From the NCBI GenBank assembly GCA_040437565.1, contig JBDOQK010000012.1, forward strand, positions 310,001-374,000: a stretch of 64,000 nt of DNA. Direction: 5' to 3'. Below are positions 62,788 to 64,000 of this stretch, piece after piece. This DNA comes from Albugo candida (Eukaryota). Position numbers and translations under genes: made by a program. The notes beneath the pieces are model-generated. The model was not told the DNA's origin. It worked only from the letters and a program-made list of their open reading frames with translations, and did no database searches. The stretch's first letter is position 1, and each line of letters opens with the position of its first letter.

Positions 62788-64000
62788 TTAAACTTCCAAG
62801 ACTTGTTTTTTGTCTTCTGGTTTTCTCGGTGAGGATGTATCTTGTCCGTTTTTACTGCCATAAATACCTGGATACGTCGGGAACAACTCTTCAGTGTGAT
62901 CAATAGCGTCAAAGTGCGGTATATCATCCTTTACGAGCACTAAGGTTTGGTCGTTTTCGAACGAATCCACTTCTGTAAGATGTACCGGACCTCCCAGAAG
63001 AAAACTCTCTTTTCCCTTATGCACATTTCGGTAAGTATGTGACATATGAAACGAGAGGTTTTTCGAGGGCACGCGAGTTGATAAATCGTCATTGGAAATC
63101 TTGATGGGTTGATGACTGTCACAAGACGCTGGAATCCGAAAAATTGCACCATTAACGTCGCCTACACTCCACCCCAATTTGGCTGCTGATTGATTTGGTA
63201 TTTTAGAAGCTGTCCTACTTGTACTTGGTGATGAAGGCTGCAGGAAAAAGCTGGCCAAATTTTTTTTTGCCATTCGGGTGCGACGATAATACATGAAACC
63301 AGCAATAAGAAGCACTACAAATGCGAGACATCCCATTACGATGCCCATAATGGTTCCAATCGATGTGCTTTTGTTGTTGTTACTCGAGTTTACGGTAGCA
63401 GTAGTATAAATCAACATGTCGTATCGTTCACGAGTGATATCTTTGGAGGGAATAATAACATGAGCTAGAACGATATGTTTTCCGGGCTCATCAAATGTTA
63501 TTGTTTGCCAAAAATCGGCGATTCCGTCTGTGAAATTTGACGTTTCCTGGGTCGATACCTTTTTTCTCATTCCGGTTTGAAAAATATCGCACTTTGTATC
63601 AGCCATGCAAATGTGTATATTAGCATGCGCTATTTGCGCTGGCCGACCAGTGAATGGATCTGGCGACGTATATAATTTCTTCACATGAAATGCATTTTTC
63701 AAATTTAGTGTCACTTTGAAATGGTATAGCTCCGGCTTGTCGACGAAAATAATCCCTGATTCTACTTGGTCAATCTGTAGGGTCACAGGACACGCGCTGT
63801 CTAAGCCTGATTCATTAATATACGATGCGTCTGGATTTTCGACTTGTAGACCTTGGTTCAACCAGTAGCAATACGTTGTCTTCCCATCGAGCTGATAATC
63901 TAAAACAACAAAAGATGTAAAGCGTGATGATGGACTTATGCTTCGCGACGTACCGAATACAGATTTGGTAGTCGTGCTGAGGCGTAACAAGATCATGGCA
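62788..64000 (-). CDS. Single-pass receptor-like membrane protein without a kinase domain (5' end at or beyond the window edge)
   Basis: Ectodomain TYCYW...CPVTLQI...IAHANIHIC...KCDIF...ITFDEPGKHIVLAHVIIP; TM helix IGTIMGIVMGCLAFVVLLIAGFMYY followed by RRTR; in-frame 54-nt intron 63953-63900. Confidence 0.75.
   Translation of the reverse strand, partial: AMILLRLSTTTKSVFGTSRSISPSSRFTSFVVLDYQLDGKTTYCYWLNQGLQVENPDASYINESGLDSACPVTLQIDQVESGIIFVDKPELYHFKVTLNLKNAFHVKKLYTSPDPFTGRPAQIAHANIHICMADTKCDIFQTGMRKKVSTQETSNFTDGIADFWQTITFDEPGKHIVLAHVIIPSKDITRERYDMLIYTTATVNSSNNNKSTSIGTIMGIVMGCLAFVVLLIAGFMYYRRTRMAKKNLASFFLQPSSPSTSRTASKIPNQSAAKLGWSVGDVNGAIFRIPASCDSHQPIKISNDDLSTRVPSKNLSFHMSHTYRNVHKGKESFLLGGPVHLTEVDSFENDQTLVLVKDDIPHFDAIDHTEELFPTYPGIYGSKNGQDTSSPRKPEDKKQVLEV

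Overview
Eukaryotic, gene-dense DNA with short GT-AG introns (about 35-70 nt). The gene content points to an oomycete (flagellar PF16, SHAQKYF MYB, expanded folate-biopterin transporters, presequence-bearing glycolytic enzyme); Albugo-like is my inference. Bases 1-36.5 kb are mostly housekeeping genes: MLH1, XPNPEP3/Icp55, NSA2, HADHB-type thiolase, mitochondrial L9, APC4, MYB, gamma-butyrobetaine dioxygenase, RAB3GAP2, dPGM, UBC7/UBE2G, VPS11, PF16 and SAM synthetase, plus a Ty1/copia remnant. Bases 37-58 kb look gene-poor but resolve into four copies (one inverted) of an ancestral cassette: BT1/FBT transporter, PPR-like mitochondrial protein and carnitine acyltransferase. Gene loss was reciprocal: three intact transporters plus one relic, one intact PPR-like gene plus three relics, and one intact acyltransferase plus up to two relics. 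A 153-bp, about 97% identical inverted repeat lies between the two convergent transporters. Two distant paralogous single-pass receptor-like genes share an intron position and lack a kinase domain. There are nine 100-N gaps, most flanked by duplicated sequence that is an assembly artifact. I recognised no rRNA, tRNA or CRISPR. All homology calls come from reading the sequence by eye, not from database searches.
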